A stretch of DNA of 64,000 nt from NCBI GenBank assembly GCA_001787405.1, contig MFWV01000003.1:790-64789 (forward strand), given 5' to 3'. Positions 12,010-21,414 of the stretch are shown piece after piece. Under the pieces are notes generated by a model, which was not told the DNA's origin, did not search any database, and saw only the letters and a program-made list of their open reading frames with translations. Position 1 is the first letter of the stretch. Every line of letters begins with the position of its first letter. This stretch comes from Candidatus Pacebacteria bacterium RIFOXYA1_FULL_38_18 (GTDB taxonomy: Bacteria > Patescibacteriota > Microgenomatia > UBA1400 > PJMF01). The position numbers were made by a program, and so were the translations under genes.

Positions 12010-12037
12010 GAGGGCAATAAGCCCTCGCTTATTTTTT
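12010..12037 (+). terminator. Terminator- or attenuator-like hairpin between rpsJ and rplC
   Basis: The sequence gagggc-aataa-gccctc forms a 6-bp stem and is followed by gcttattttttt, inside the S10 operon. Confidence 0.45.
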
Positions 12038-12074
12038 AAGGTTTTTAGCTTAAAAAGAAAATTAAAATAAAAAA

Positions 12075-12998
12075 ATGTTAGACGCAATCTTTGCTACTAA
12101 GCTGGGCATGACTCAAGCCTGGTCAAAGAGCGGTAAAAGATTGGCTGTAACAAAGTGTAAAGCTGATGATAACTTGATTGTTGGTCAGCAAGACACTTCT
12201 TTTACAGACAAATCTTCCCGCACTTGGAACACTAACCGCCAAAATATCTTGGAGGTTGGTTTTGGTATCAAAAAATTGAATAACATGAAAAAACCACTTC
12301 AACAACGTTTACGCAAAAGTGGTTTTACCTATGGCGTCAAACAAATTAAGGGTATCCATCACACTATAAATGAAGAGTCTCCGCTTAAAACCGGAGACTT
12401 TGTGTCTGTGAACGATGTTTTGGCAGTAGGAGATGTGGTAAAAGTGCAAGGAACAAGCAAAGGCAGGGGTTTTGCTGGAGCAGTTAAACGTTATGGTTTT
12501 CATGGAGGCCCAGCTACTCACGGTCAATCTGATAGACAAAGAGCAGTAGGTTCAATCGGTTCTGGTACTTATCCAGGCAGAGTTTGGAAGGGCAAAAGAA
12601 TGCCAGGTCATTTTGGTATGGAAACCAAGACAGTCCATGGTTTGGTAGTTTTGCATATTAATTCTGAAACTAAAGAAATTTGGTTGTCTGGTCCAGTGCC
12701 AGGATCTAGAACGTCTATCGTAAAAATTCAAAAAACTGGAGGCAAACGTAAAATTGAGTTAGATCTAGATTCCGTTGGTTTGGCAGTCAATAACCCAGCC
12801 AGTGAAAGTGAAGTAACTGAAGAAACTAAAATTGAACAAAAAGCTGAAGAAGCTGAAACAGTTGAAGAAGTCAAAGAAGTTGAAACAGTTGAAGAAGTCA
12901 AAGAAGTTGAAAAAGTTGAAGAAGTCAAAGAAGTTGAAAAAGTTGAAGAAGTCAAAGAAGTTGAAAAAGTTGAAGAAGTCAAAGAAGAAACTAAATAA
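12075..12998 (+). CDS. rplC: 50S ribosomal protein L3 with repetitive acidic/lysine C-terminal extension
   Basis: The L3 core ([35 protein letters not shown]...) is followed by a (VEEVKEVEK)n tail encoded by 27-bp tandem repeats. Confidence 0.93.
   Translation: [307 protein letters not shown]
12860..12985 (+). repeat. 27-bp perfect tandem repeat (about 4.5 copies) inside rplC 3' end
   Basis: The unit gttgaagaagtcaaagaagttgaaa[ca]a is repeated head-to-tail. It is coding and in frame, producing the VEEVKEVEK repeats. Confidence 0.9.
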
Positions 12999-13000
12999 AC

Positions 13001-13834
13001 ATGAAATTAAAAGTAATTACCGCTACCAGCAAAGAAAGCTCCATTGAGGTTAACAACTCAATGTTTGCAACTAAAGACAATCCTACTTTACTTGCTCAGG
13101 CAATCAGAATTTATTTGTCAAATTTACGGCAAGGAACAAGTAAAGTAAAAACTCGTTCTCAAGTTAATCGATCCAAATCCAAATGGTATCGCCAAAAAGG
13201 AACAGGTAACGCTCGTCATGGTTCCAGAAATGCTCATATTTTTGTGGGTGGTGGAGTAGCTCATGGACCAAAGGGCATAGAAAACTGGAATAAAAACTTG
13301 AATAGCAAAATGAAAGCTCAAGCCCTTCGCGTAGCTCTCAAACTCCAAGCAGACCAGATTTTTGTCACTGATAATTTAAATGGTCTACAAGGAAAAACAG
13401 CTGAAGCTGATTTGCTTTTACAAAAAATGTTGGGCAAAGTTGATAAAATCCTAATTGTATTAGGAGAAAATTCTGAATTAATCAAACGCAGTGTAAATAA
13501 CATTGGCCAAGTTTTGACAGTCAATGCCAATGAATTAAATGCTCTGCATTTAGTAACTGCCAAAAAAATTATTTTCACCAAAGAAGCTTTGCAAATTTTG
13601 GAAAACAGATTAAAAAAAGAAACAGTTGTTAAATCAAATAAAATAACTAAAAAAATCAAACCTGTTGAAAAAATCAAGTCAGCTGAGTCAGCCAAATTAG
13701 TTAAAGCTACCAAAACAGAAAAATCCACCAAATCAGTCAAGACTAAAAAAACCGCTTCTACTGCTCCAAAAACCATCGTTAAATCAAAAAAGAAAATCAA
13801 AACTACTACAAAAACTAAAGCAAAAAGCAAATAA
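13001..13834 (+). CDS. rplD: 50S ribosomal protein L4 with about 80-aa K-rich C-terminal extension
   Basis: L4 core with operon position after rplC; the tail is KxKxK-rich. Confidence 0.92.
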   Translation: MKLKVITATSKESSIEVNNSMFATKDNPTLLAQAIRIYLSNLRQGTSKVKTRSQVNRSKSKWYRQKGTGNARHGSRNAHIFVGGGVAHGPKGIENWNKNLNSKMKAQALRVALKLQADQIFVTDNLNGLQGKTAEADLLLQKMLGKVDKILIVLGENSELIKRSVNNIGQVLTVNANELNALHLVTAKKIIFTKEALQILENRLKKETVVKSNKITKKIKPVEKIKSAESAKLVKATKTEKSTKSVKTKKTASTAPKTIVKSKKKIKTTTKTKAKSK

Positions 13835-13842
13835 AAATAATC

Positions 13843-14142
13843 ATGAATTTACAAATTATTCGCAAACCAGTTGTTACAGAAAAAACGCTGCAAAGAGCAA
13901 ACAGCGAAAATGTTTATACTTTTGAAGTGGACACTTCTGCTGATAAAAATATTATCAAAGCGGCAATCGAAGCTATTTATGATGTCAAGGTGGTAGCGAT
14001 TAATGTAATTATGAGACCTAAAAAAGCTCAACGTACTGGTAAGAAAAGATTGAAAAATTTATCAGCTAAAACTAAGAAAGCTTTGATAAAATTGGAAAAC
14101 AATCAAACAATTGATGTTTTTGATCTGGGAGGCAAAGAATAA
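13843..14142 (+). CDS. rplW: 50S ribosomal protein L23
   Basis: 99 aa. Sits between rplD and rplB and has an L23-like sequence (KPVVTEKT...YTFEVD). Confidence 0.9.
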   Translation: MNLQIIRKPVVTEKTLQRANSENVYTFEVDTSADKNIIKAAIEAIYDVKVVAINVIMRPKKAQRTGKKRLKNLSAKTKKALIKLENNQTIDVFDLGGKE

Positions 14143-14972
14143 TGTTAAAGAAAATTAAACCAACTAGTCCTGGCAGACGACACCGAGTAGATGCGGTTAA
14201 TAAGTTGCATCGCGGTGCTCCAGAAAAATCTTTACTGGCTTCTGGTCATAAGAAACGTCAGGGTCGAGGTTTTAAAGGCAGAGTCACTATGCCTCATCGT
14301 GGTGGTGGAGTGAAAAAACGCATGAGAGTGATTGATTGGAGACGAGATAAAGCAAATGTGCCGGCAATGGTGAAGAGAATAGAATATGATCCAATGCGCA
14401 GTGCCAATATTGCCCTACTTTTTTATCAAGATGGAGAAAAGAGATATATTTTGGCACCTAGCAATATTAAAGTCGGTGACACCATAATTTCTGGAGAACA
14501 AATAGATCCAAAACCAGGTAACGCCATGCCTTTGAAAAATATTCCGGTAGGAACACCGATTCATAATTTAGAATTACAACCGGGAAGAGGTGCTCAATTG
14601 GTTAAAGGAGCGGGAGTACATGCTTTAATTCAATCAAAAGAAGGTAATTACGCTACTGTACAATTACCCTCCAAAGAACAAAGACTGATTAATCTTAGTT
14701 GTTTGGCTACGATTGGTCAGGTTAGCAATCAAGATTGGAAAAATCGTAAGCTAGGTAAAGCTGGCAGAAAACGTTTGATGGGTATTAGACCCACTGTGCG
14801 TGGTACTGCTCAGCACCCTGGTTCTCATCCCCACGGTGGTGGTGAAGGTAGAAGCGGAGTCGGTCTAAAATATCCCAAAACTGCTTGGGGTAGAAATGTG
14901 GCTCCTGGCAAGAAGACTCGCAGTAGTAAAAAAAGCACTAAGTGGTTAGTTCGTGACAGAAGGGCAAAATAA
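14142..14972 (+). CDS. rplB: 50S ribosomal protein L2
   Basis: Conserved L2 blocks are present, including GRNxxG...HPHGGGEG. Confidence 0.97.
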   Translation: MLKKIKPTSPGRRHRVDAVNKLHRGAPEKSLLASGHKKRQGRGFKGRVTMPHRGGGVKKRMRVIDWRRDKANVPAMVKRIEYDPMRSANIALLFYQDGEKRYILAPSNIKVGDTIISGEQIDPKPGNAMPLKNIPVGTPIHNLELQPGRGAQLVKGAGVHALIQSKEGNYATVQLPSKEQRLINLSCLATIGQVSNQDWKNRKLGKAGRKRLMGIRPTVRGTAQHPGSHPHGGGEGRSGVGLKYPKTAWGRNVAPGKKTRSSKKSTKWLVRDRRAK

Positions 14973-14975
14973 ATT

Positions 14976-15260
14976 ATGAGTAGATCTAGTAAAAAAGGAC
15001 CATTTATTGATCCAAAGCTCATGAAAAAAATCATGAAGCAAAAACAGCTGGGAGAAAAAGCTCCCTTGAAAACTTGGGCTCGTGATAGTGTAGTGGCTCC
15101 GGAATTTGTGGGACATACATTATTGGTTCATCAGGGTAAAAACTTTATAGAAGTATTTATTTCTGAAGCCATGGTGGGTCATAAATTGGGAGAATTTGCT
15201 CCTACTAGAACTTTCAGAGGTCATGGTCGAATCGTAAAACGAGTATTAGCCAAGACTTAA
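14976..15260 (+). CDS. rpsS: 30S ribosomal protein S19
   Basis: S19 motifs [11 protein letters not shown]...[16 protein letters not shown]. Confidence 0.96.
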   Translation: MSRSSKKGPFIDPKLMKKIMKQKQLGEKAPLKTWARDSVVAPEFVGHTLLVHQGKNFIEVFISEAMVGHKLGEFAPTRTFRGHGRIVKRVLAKT

Positions 15261-15311
15261 AAATTATTAAATAGAATCAAACAATTAATTATTAACTAAC
15301 AACTGACAACA

Positions 15312-15857
15312 ATGGAAATTACAGCAGAGCAAAAAAATACCAGACAGTCCGCACGCAAAGTTCGTTTGGTGGCCAACGAAGTGCGCAAGTTGCCTTTAGA
15401 GCAAGCATTGCGACAATTGGCTGTGATGGAACGTCGAGCTACTTTGGTGGTGACAAAGGTTTTACGTCAGGCTTTAGCCAATGCTTGGCACAACCATAAT
15501 TTACCCATCGATCAGTTGGATTTGAAAAATATTTTGGTTACTGAGGGCACCACTTATAAACGTTGGCGAGCGGTTAGCAGAGGAAGAGCCCATACAATTC
15601 TTAAAAGAACTTCTCATATCAAAGTTGTTTTGGCTGCCAAAACCGATGCCAAACCAGTGGCCAAAAAACAACAAACAGAAGTAAAGGTTGCTACGATCGC
15701 CAAAGAAAGTGATAAAACAAGCAAAGCCAATAAACCAACCAAGGTTGACGTCAAGGCTAAATCAGGGATGACGGCACCATTTAAATCAGTAGCTAAAGAT
15801 CAAGTAAAAGCACAAAAACACACTGCTCAGCAAAAAGTAGTAAAGAAAGCTAGTTAA
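15312..15857 (+). CDS. rplV: 50S ribosomal protein L22 with K/A-rich C-terminal extension
   Basis: L22 core in operon position, with an extended basic tail. Confidence 0.88.
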   Translation: MEITAEQKNTRQSARKVRLVANEVRKLPLEQALRQLAVMERRATLVVTKVLRQALANAWHNHNLPIDQLDLKNILVTEGTTYKRWRAVSRGRAHTILKRTSHIKVVLAAKTDAKPVAKKQQTEVKVATIAKESDKTSKANKPTKVDVKAKSGMTAPFKSVAKDQVKAQKHTAQQKVVKKAS

Positions 15858-15858
15858 T

Positions 15859-16509
15859 ATGGGACAAAAAGTTAATCCAACCAGTTTTCGTTTGGGAAAT
15901 ATTTTCTCTTGGAAATCTCGTTGGTTTGCAACTCCAGCTGATTATTCTGACAAAGTATTGGAAGATTATCGATTAAGAAAATACTTTAACAGTAAACTGC
16001 ATAATGCTGGTTTGGTTCAAATAAATATTGAACGTTCAATCAGTAAAATGCGCATCATTTTACATGTTTCTCGCCCCGGTGTAGTGATCGGCAAGGGAGG
16101 AGCTAATTTGGAAGAAATCAAGAAAGAAGTAGAAAAATTACTCAACACCGCCAAGTTAAAAAAAGAACAGGTGCATGTGGATTTGAAAGTAGAGGAAGTC
16201 AAGAATCCTGATTTGAGCGCTAAATTGGTAGGCGAGCGAATCATCAATCAACTCATCGGTCGCTATCCTCATCGCCGAGCCATTAGTCAAGCTTTGGAAA
16301 AAGTAATGGCTGCTGGAGCCAAGGGGATAAAGATTCAGCTTTCAGGCAGAATTGGTGGGGCAGAGATTGGTCGTCAGGAAAAATACTTTAAAGGTAGTAT
16401 TCCTACGCAAACCTTGCGAGCCAACATTGATTATTTTGAATCACCAGCCAAAACTCGTTCTGGTTATGTCGGAGTAAAAGTCTGGATTTATAAGGGAGAG
16501 ATCGTTTAA
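15859..16509 (+). CDS. rpsC: 30S ribosomal protein S3
   Basis: MGQKVNPTSFRLG...KH domain...GRIGGAEI, typical of S3. Confidence 0.96.
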   Translation: MGQKVNPTSFRLGNIFSWKSRWFATPADYSDKVLEDYRLRKYFNSKLHNAGLVQINIERSISKMRIILHVSRPGVVIGKGGANLEEIKKEVEKLLNTAKLKKEQVHVDLKVEEVKNPDLSAKLVGERIINQLIGRYPHRRAISQALEKVMAAGAKGIKIQLSGRIGGAEIGRQEKYFKGSIPTQTLRANIDYFESPAKTRSGYVGVKVWIYKGEIV

Positions 16510-16515
16510 GGAAAC

Positions 16516-16920
16516 ATGTTACAACCAAAAAAATCAAAATACCGCAAAGAATTTAGAGGCAAGAACAAAGGTAAGGCTTCTAGAGGTAATGAACTGGCTT
16601 TTGCTGAATTTGGTTTAAAGGCTATGACTGGTGGTTGGCTTTCGGCTAGAGAAATCGAAGCGGCTCGTAAGAAAATTACTTTTGCTACTAAAAGAATTGG
16701 TCGTTATTGGATTAAAGTATTTCCTCACAAGCCAATTACCAAAAAACCAGTAGGAGTCAAAATGGGATCTGGTAAGGGAGCAATTGAAGGTTATGTAGCA
16801 GTAGTTAGACCAGGAACTATTTTATTTGAACTGGGAGGAGTAACAGAAGAAATGGCTCGCACTGCTTTTGATAAAGCTGCTCATAAATTATCGGTAAAAA
16901 CTAGTTTTGTTAAGAAATAA
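16516..16920 (+). CDS. rplP: 50S ribosomal protein L16
   Basis: L16-like with an MLQPKKSKYRK start and RIGRYWIKVFP. Confidence 0.95.
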   Translation: MLQPKKSKYRKEFRGKNKGKASRGNELAFAEFGLKAMTGGWLSAREIEAARKKITFATKRIGRYWIKVFPHKPITKKPVGVKMGSGKGAIEGYVAVVRPGTILFELGGVTEEMARTAFDKAAHKLSVKTSFVKK

Positions 16921-16921
16921 G

Positions 16922-17254
16922 ATGAAAACAAAAGATATTAAAGCGCTACACGAACAGACCATTACTCAGTTGCAAAAGCAATTAGTTGGTTTGCAACAGC
17001 AGTTGGCACAAAACAGAATCAAGAAACACGCTCGTAAATTGGAAAATACTAGTTTGGTTAAGTTGGGCGCTGATGATATCGCTAGAATTAAAACGATTAT
17101 AAAAGAAAGACAAATAGCTCAACAAATGGAGAGTGCCAAAGAAAAACTACAACAAAAAACAATCAAAGCAGTAGCTAAAGAAAAATCTGAGACAAAATCT
17201 ACAAAAAAATCAACCAAAAAAACCATGAAAAAAGTAACGAAAAAGGCTAAATAA
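16922..17254 (+). CDS. rpmC: 50S ribosomal protein L29 with K-rich C-terminal extension
   Basis: An ATG at 16922 lies just after the rplP stop. The N-terminus reads MKTKDIKALHEQTITQLQKQL, which is L29-like. The track's upstream Met at 16907 would overlap the rplP stop. Confidence 0.85.
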   Translation: MKTKDIKALHEQTITQLQKQLVGLQQQLAQNRIKKHARKLENTSLVKLGADDIARIKTIIKERQIAQQMESAKEKLQQKTIKAVAKEKSETKSTKKSTKKTMKKVTKKAK

Positions 17255-17487
17255 TGAGAACAATGCAGGGAATTATCACCTCAATGAAAAGAGAAAAAAC
17301 CGCTACGGTGACGGTTACTCGTCAGTGGCAGCATCCTTTATATATCAAGTCAGTTCAGCGTAATAAAAAATATGCTTGTCATTTGCCAGAAGGCTTGAAG
17401 TTGAAAGAAGGAGAAGCGGTAGAAATTCAAGAAATTAGACCAATCAGTAAGACCAAGCGTTTTGTAATAACTAAAAAAATAAAGTAA
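17254..17487 (+). CDS. rpsQ: 30S ribosomal protein S17
   Basis: 77 aa, S17-like ([16 protein letters not shown]), in operon position. Confidence 0.92.
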   Translation: MRTMQGIITSMKREKTATVTVTRQWQHPLYIKSVQRNKKYACHLPEGLKLKEGEAVEIQEIRPISKTKRFVITKKIK

Positions 17488-17861
17488 TGATACAACTTAG
17501 AACAGTCCTATCAGTCGCCGATAACAGTGGTGCTCGAAAAATTAGAGTGATCCAAGTTTATGGTGGTTCCAAAAGACGATTTGGCTATGTGGGAGATATT
17601 ATTATTGGTTCAGTAATCGATGCCGATCCCAATAGCGCTGTCAAAAAAGGTTCTTTAGTGAGGGCAATAATCGTCAGAACTAAAAAAGAAAAACGACGTA
17701 ATTCTGGTGAATATATTCGATTTGATGACAATGCAGCTGTTATTATTGAGGATCGTACAAAACAAGAACCGGTGGGCACTCGGGTTTTTGGGCCAATTGC
17801 TAGAGAAGTTAAAGATAATGGTTTTAGTAAAATTGCTAGTTTAGCGCCGGAGGTTTTGTAA
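17487..17861 (+). CDS. rplN: 50S ribosomal protein L14
   Basis: Starts [18 protein letters not shown], as L14 does. Confidence 0.97.
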   Translation: MIQLRTVLSVADNSGARKIRVIQVYGGSKRRFGYVGDIIIGSVIDADPNSAVKKGSLVRAIIVRTKKEKRRNSGEYIRFDDNAAVIIEDRTKQEPVGTRVFGPIAREVKDNGFSKIASLAPEVL

Positions 17862-18214
17862 TGAAATTACAAGTAGGAGATAAAGTACTAGTCACCACAG
17901 GCAAAGATCACGGTAAACGGGGAGAGGTTATTAGAGTTTTGCCTGAAAAAAATGCAGTGATCGTCAAAGATATGAATATGTATTCTCGCCACATCAAACC
18001 TTATGGAGGTCAGGCAGGAGACATTAAACGCCAGGAACGACCATTGGGCATGGGTAAAGTAGCCATTATCAATGATAAAGGCCAACCAGATAGGGTGGGA
18101 TATAAACTCAACAAAGATGGTAGCAAAACCAGAATTTATCGCAAAACAGGAGCTGTCATTAGTTCAAAAACAAAAAAAGAGATGAAATCAACCAAAAAAG
18201 AAAGTAAGAAATAA
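17861..18214 (+). CDS. rplX: 50S ribosomal protein L24 (KOW) with basic tail
   Basis: KOW motif (GDKVLVTTGKDHGKRGEV) in operon position. Confidence 0.92.
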   Translation: MKLQVGDKVLVTTGKDHGKRGEVIRVLPEKNAVIVKDMNMYSRHIKPYGGQAGDIKRQERPLGMGKVAIINDKGQPDRVGYKLNKDGSKTRIYRKTGAVISSKTKKEMKSTKKESKK

Positions 18215-18218
18215 AATC

Positions 18219-18779
18219 ATGAATCGTCTGAAACTTAAATACCAGCAAGAAGTACTACCCAAACTCCAAAAAGAGTTTAAACATGATAATGCTTTTGCGG
18301 TTGCTCAAATCAAAAAAGTAGTAGTCAACATGGGTATTGCTCATCCCATTGATCCCAAAGCTCGCGAAAAAGTAGTGGAAAATGTGGTTGAACAATTCAA
18401 AGTAATTACTGGTCAGCAACCTCAAGTTACCAAAGCAGCCAAAGCCATTGCCGGTTTCAAACTCAGAGCTGGTGATCCACTGGGCGTAATGGTAACTTTG
18501 CGAGGAGAGAATATGTGGGAATTATTGGATAAATTGGTCTCGATTACTTTGCCCAGAGTAAAGGATTTTAGAGGTATTTCTTTAACAGCTTTTGATGGTC
18601 AGGGCAATTATAGTTTGGGATTGGAAGAACAAATCGTTTTTCCGGAAATTAATTATGATCAAATAGAAAGCATTAGAAGTTTACAAATTAATATTATTAC
18701 CAGTATCAAAGACGACCAGGAAGCACGACGAATGTTGGAATTGTTGGGCTTTCCATTTGAAAAAAAGGAGGAAAAGTAA
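18219..18779 (+). CDS. rplE: 50S ribosomal protein L5
   Basis: L5 conserved blocks, including GFPFEKK near the C-terminus. Confidence 0.95.
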   Translation: MNRLKLKYQQEVLPKLQKEFKHDNAFAVAQIKKVVVNMGIAHPIDPKAREKVVENVVEQFKVITGQQPQVTKAAKAIAGFKLRAGDPLGVMVTLRGENMWELLDKLVSITLPRVKDFRGISLTAFDGQGNYSLGLEEQIVFPEINYDQIESIRSLQINIITSIKDDQEARRMLELLGFPFEKKEEK

Positions 18780-18782
18780 ACC

Positions 18783-19013
18783 ATGGCCAAAAAATCAAAA
18801 ATCGCCAAAGCCAAGAAATTATTGGCTTTGCGATCCAAATACGAGCAATCTGGAGAGAGAAAAACTAATAGAGTCTCGACCAGAGGAGAAAACCGTTGTA
18901 AAATCACCGGCCGGCCACGTGGCTATATGCGTTATTTTGGTTTGAGCAGAATCACTTTTCGTGAATTAGCTTCCAAAGGAGAATTACCAGGAGTAGTAAA
19001 GGCAAGCAAATAA
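18783..19013 (+). CDS. rpsN: 30S ribosomal protein S14 (short form, single Cys so not a full Zn ribbon)
   Basis: 76 aa in spc-operon position; the C-terminal [21 protein letters not shown] matches S14. Confidence 0.88.
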   Translation: MAKKSKIAKAKKLLALRSKYEQSGERKTNRVSTRGENRCKITGRPRGYMRYFGLSRITFRELASKGELPGVVKASK

Positions 19014-19014
19014 T

Positions 19015-19404
19015 ATGACAGATCCGATCGCAGACATGCTAGCCAGAATCAAGAATGCCCTACTTGCTAGACACAAGGAGGTAGTCATTCCTCATTCAAA
19101 GATAAAGCAAGCCATTGCTCAGATTTTGCAAAATAATGACTACATTGAGTCTTTTGAGATAGTCAAACAAAAGCCTCAATCAGCATTGTCGATTAAATTG
19201 GGTTATAAAAACAAATGGCCCAAAATTACTGGAGCAAACAGGATTTCCAAGCCAGGCAGAAGACTTTATGCTTCGGTTGATCGCATTCCAGTGACACTAA
19301 ATGGTTATGGCATTACGATTATTTCGACTAGTAAGGGTTTATTAACAGATAAAGAAGCTAAAAAACAGAATGTTGGTGGAGAATTACTCTGCCAGATTTG
19401 GTAA
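19015..19404 (+). CDS. rpsH: 30S ribosomal protein S8
   Basis: MTDPIADMLARIKNA start; S8. Confidence 0.96.
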   Translation: MTDPIADMLARIKNALLARHKEVVIPHSKIKQAIAQILQNNDYIESFEIVKQKPQSALSIKLGYKNKWPKITGANRISKPGRRLYASVDRIPVTLNGYGITIISTSKGLLTDKEAKKQNVGGELLCQIW

Positions 19405-19407
19405 TTT

Positions 19408-19947
19408 ATGTCAAAAATAGGTAACACCCCCATTCCATTGCCCGCAGGGATCACCGTCACTCAAAGTGAGCAAGTGGTTTCTGTTAAAGGTCCTAAAGGT
19501 GAATTAAGTTTCAATTTGTTTGATGGTATTAAAGTTAAGATAGAAACAGAAGAATTGATCGTATCTCGCACCAACGATGAACCACAAACAACTGCTTTTC
19601 ATGGTTTGGTAAGAAGTATTTTGGCCAACTATGTTCAAGGAGTGAGTGAAGGTTATAAAAAAACTCTCAAATTGGTGGGTACGGGTTATAGGGTATCGAC
19701 CAAAGGAGCTGGTTTGTCGGTAACAGTGGGTTATTCTCATCCGGTAGATATTGATCCCGTGGAGGGAATTGAGCTCAAAGCAGAAGGTAATGACACTATT
19801 CATGTAGCTGGAATTGATAAACAATTGGTTGGTCAAGTATCAGCCAATATTAGAGCTATTCGCCTTCCAGAACCGTATAAAGGTAAAGGTATTCGTTACG
19901 AAGATGAAATAGTCAAAACCAAACCTGGCAAAACAGCCATTGGTTAA
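19408..19947 (+). CDS. rplF: 50S ribosomal protein L6
   Basis: MSKIGNTPIPLPAGITV start; L6. Confidence 0.95.
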   Translation: MSKIGNTPIPLPAGITVTQSEQVVSVKGPKGELSFNLFDGIKVKIETEELIVSRTNDEPQTTAFHGLVRSILANYVQGVSEGYKKTLKLVGTGYRVSTKGAGLSVTVGYSHPVDIDPVEGIELKAEGNDTIHVAGIDKQLVGQVSANIRAIRLPEPYKGKGIRYEDEIVKTKPGKTAIG

Positions 19948-19954
19948 GGAAATT

Positions 19955-20359
19955 ATGTCAAGAATTAAAAGAAATCAATCACTAGCTCAAACAAGAAAAA
20001 TCAGAGTCCGTAGCAAACTCTATGGTTCAGCTACTAGACCTCGTCTTACTATTTTTCGTTCCAATCAGCATCTTTATTTACAGGTAATTGATGATGATGC
20101 TCAGCAAACTTTGGTTGCGGTTAGTGATGTGATTGACAAATCAAGTTCTCAAAAAACCCAGTCAAAAAAAGTTGAGTCAAAAAAAACTGAATCAAAAATA
20201 ACAAAGACCGAGCGATCTATCTTGGTTGCTCAAGAACTTTTGCAGTTACTACAAAAAAAGGGCATCAAAACCTTGGTTTTTGATCGAGGAGCGTATAAAT
20301 ATCACGGCAGAGTGAAAGCAGTAGCAGAAACTTTGCGCGAGGGAGGCATTCAAGTTTAA
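19955..20359 (+). CDS. rplR: 50S ribosomal protein L18
   Basis: L18-like (RLTIFRSNQHLYLQVIDD...FDRGAYKYHGRVKA). Start chosen at the ATG at 19955, which has an aagga RBS; the track's alternative at 19940 overlaps rplF. Confidence 0.88.
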   Translation: MSRIKRNQSLAQTRKIRVRSKLYGSATRPRLTIFRSNQHLYLQVIDDDAQQTLVAVSDVIDKSSSQKTQSKKVESKKTESKITKTERSILVAQELLQLLQKKGIKTLVFDRGAYKYHGRVKAVAETLREGGIQV

Positions 20360-20362
20360 GTT

Positions 20363-20974
20363 ATGTCAGACAGACACACATTTACACCAGAAAAAAAGGA
20401 ATTTGAAGAAAAAGTTATTCAAATTTCTCGCGTTTCCAAAAAAACTAAAGGTGGCAACCAGATTGGTTTTTCCGTTTTGATGGTGGTAGGTGATAAAAAA
20501 GGCAAAGTAGGAGTGGGATTGGGTAAGGCTCCTGACGTTTTATCTGCTATCAAAAAAGGTGTTAAAAAAGCTAAAAAACAATTAATCACTGTGCCTTTGG
20601 ATGGCACTACTATTCCTTTTAAAATGATGGTAAAAAAAGGAGCTGGACAAGTTTTACTCAAACCAGCAGCCAAAGGAACGGGAGTTATTGCCGGTGGCCC
20701 AGTCAGAGCAGTGGTGGAGGCAGCGGGAGTGCGTGATATTTCAGCCAAGATTTTGGGTAGCGAAAATCAAGCTTCCAGTGTTTATGCTACTTTTGAAGCC
20801 TTGAAACGCATTGAGCGAATCGTTAATATTCGTAGCATCAAATTACGTTCTATTGTAGATATTGAACGAGAAGAAAAAGAAAAAACCAAAAAAATTCAGG
20901 AAGAAGCTAAAGCTAAAGCAGATGAGTCAGATAAAAAAGAAGCCAAACAATCGGCTAAACCAACCAAGAAATAA
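20363..20974 (+). CDS. rpsE: 30S ribosomal protein S5 with K/E-rich C-terminal extension
   Basis: S5 core ([27 protein letters not shown]). rplO follows directly, with no rpmD in between. Confidence 0.94.
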   Translation: MSDRHTFTPEKKEFEEKVIQISRVSKKTKGGNQIGFSVLMVVGDKKGKVGVGLGKAPDVLSAIKKGVKKAKKQLITVPLDGTTIPFKMMVKKGAGQVLLKPAAKGTGVIAGGPVRAVVEAAGVRDISAKILGSENQASSVYATFEALKRIERIVNIRSIKLRSIVDIEREEKEKTKKIQEEAKAKADESDKKEAKQSAKPTKK

Positions 20975-20976
20975 AT

Positions 20977-21414
20977 ATGTCAATTTTACAAACTCTCACT
21001 AGCATCACTAAGCGCTCCAATAAACGATTGGGTAGAGGTTATGGTTCTGGCAAAGGTGGCCATACAGTAGGTCGTGGTCAAAAAGGCCAAAAATCCAGAC
21101 GTGGTAGCAAAATTCCTTTGTGGTTTGAGGGTGGTCAATTGCCAGGTGTTAAAAAATACCCAATGATTCGTGGTAAAGGCAGATTCAAGGTTCTGAAAGC
21201 CATTGCTACCATCACTTTGACTGATTTGGAGAGATTGCCCACCAGTGAAGTGACTTTGGAAACCTTAAAATTACATAAAGTAATTGAGCCTGCTTTCAAA
21301 AAAGCCAAGATTATTCGAACAGGAAACTTAACTAAAAAAGTTAATATAAAGGGAATTCCTGCCTCCGCCCAAGCTCGTCAGGCTATTGAAAAGCTGGGTG
21401 GATCAGTTGAATAA
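20977..21414 (+). CDS. rplO: 50S ribosomal protein L15
   Basis: L15-like N-terminus ([26 protein letters not shown]). Confidence 0.94.
   Translation: MSILQTLTSITKRSNKRLGRGYGSGKGGHTVGRGQKGQKSRRGSKIPLWFEGGQLPGVKKYPMIRGKGRFKVLKAIATITLTDLERLPTSEVTLETLKLHKVIEPAFKKAKIIRTGNLTKKVNIKGIPASAQARQAIEKLGGSVE

Noticed and set aside
12860-12985. Possible CRISPR-like array, based on regularly spaced repeats
   Set aside because: The repeats are contiguous with no spacers, the unit is 27 bp, and they lie in frame inside rplC. No cas genes are present in the window.
12832-13047. 71-aa '+' ORF encoding a poly-(KKLKKS) peptide
   Set aside because: It is an alternative-frame reading of the rplC 27-bp tandem repeats and overlaps rplC and rplD, so it is a repeat artefact, not a gene.
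13318-13830. 170-aa antisense ORF opposite rplD; similarly 3907..4383(-), 55..351(-) and 20419..20748(-)
   Set aside because: These are antisense to highly conserved r-protein or RNAP genes with low-complexity translations, typical spurious ORFs.
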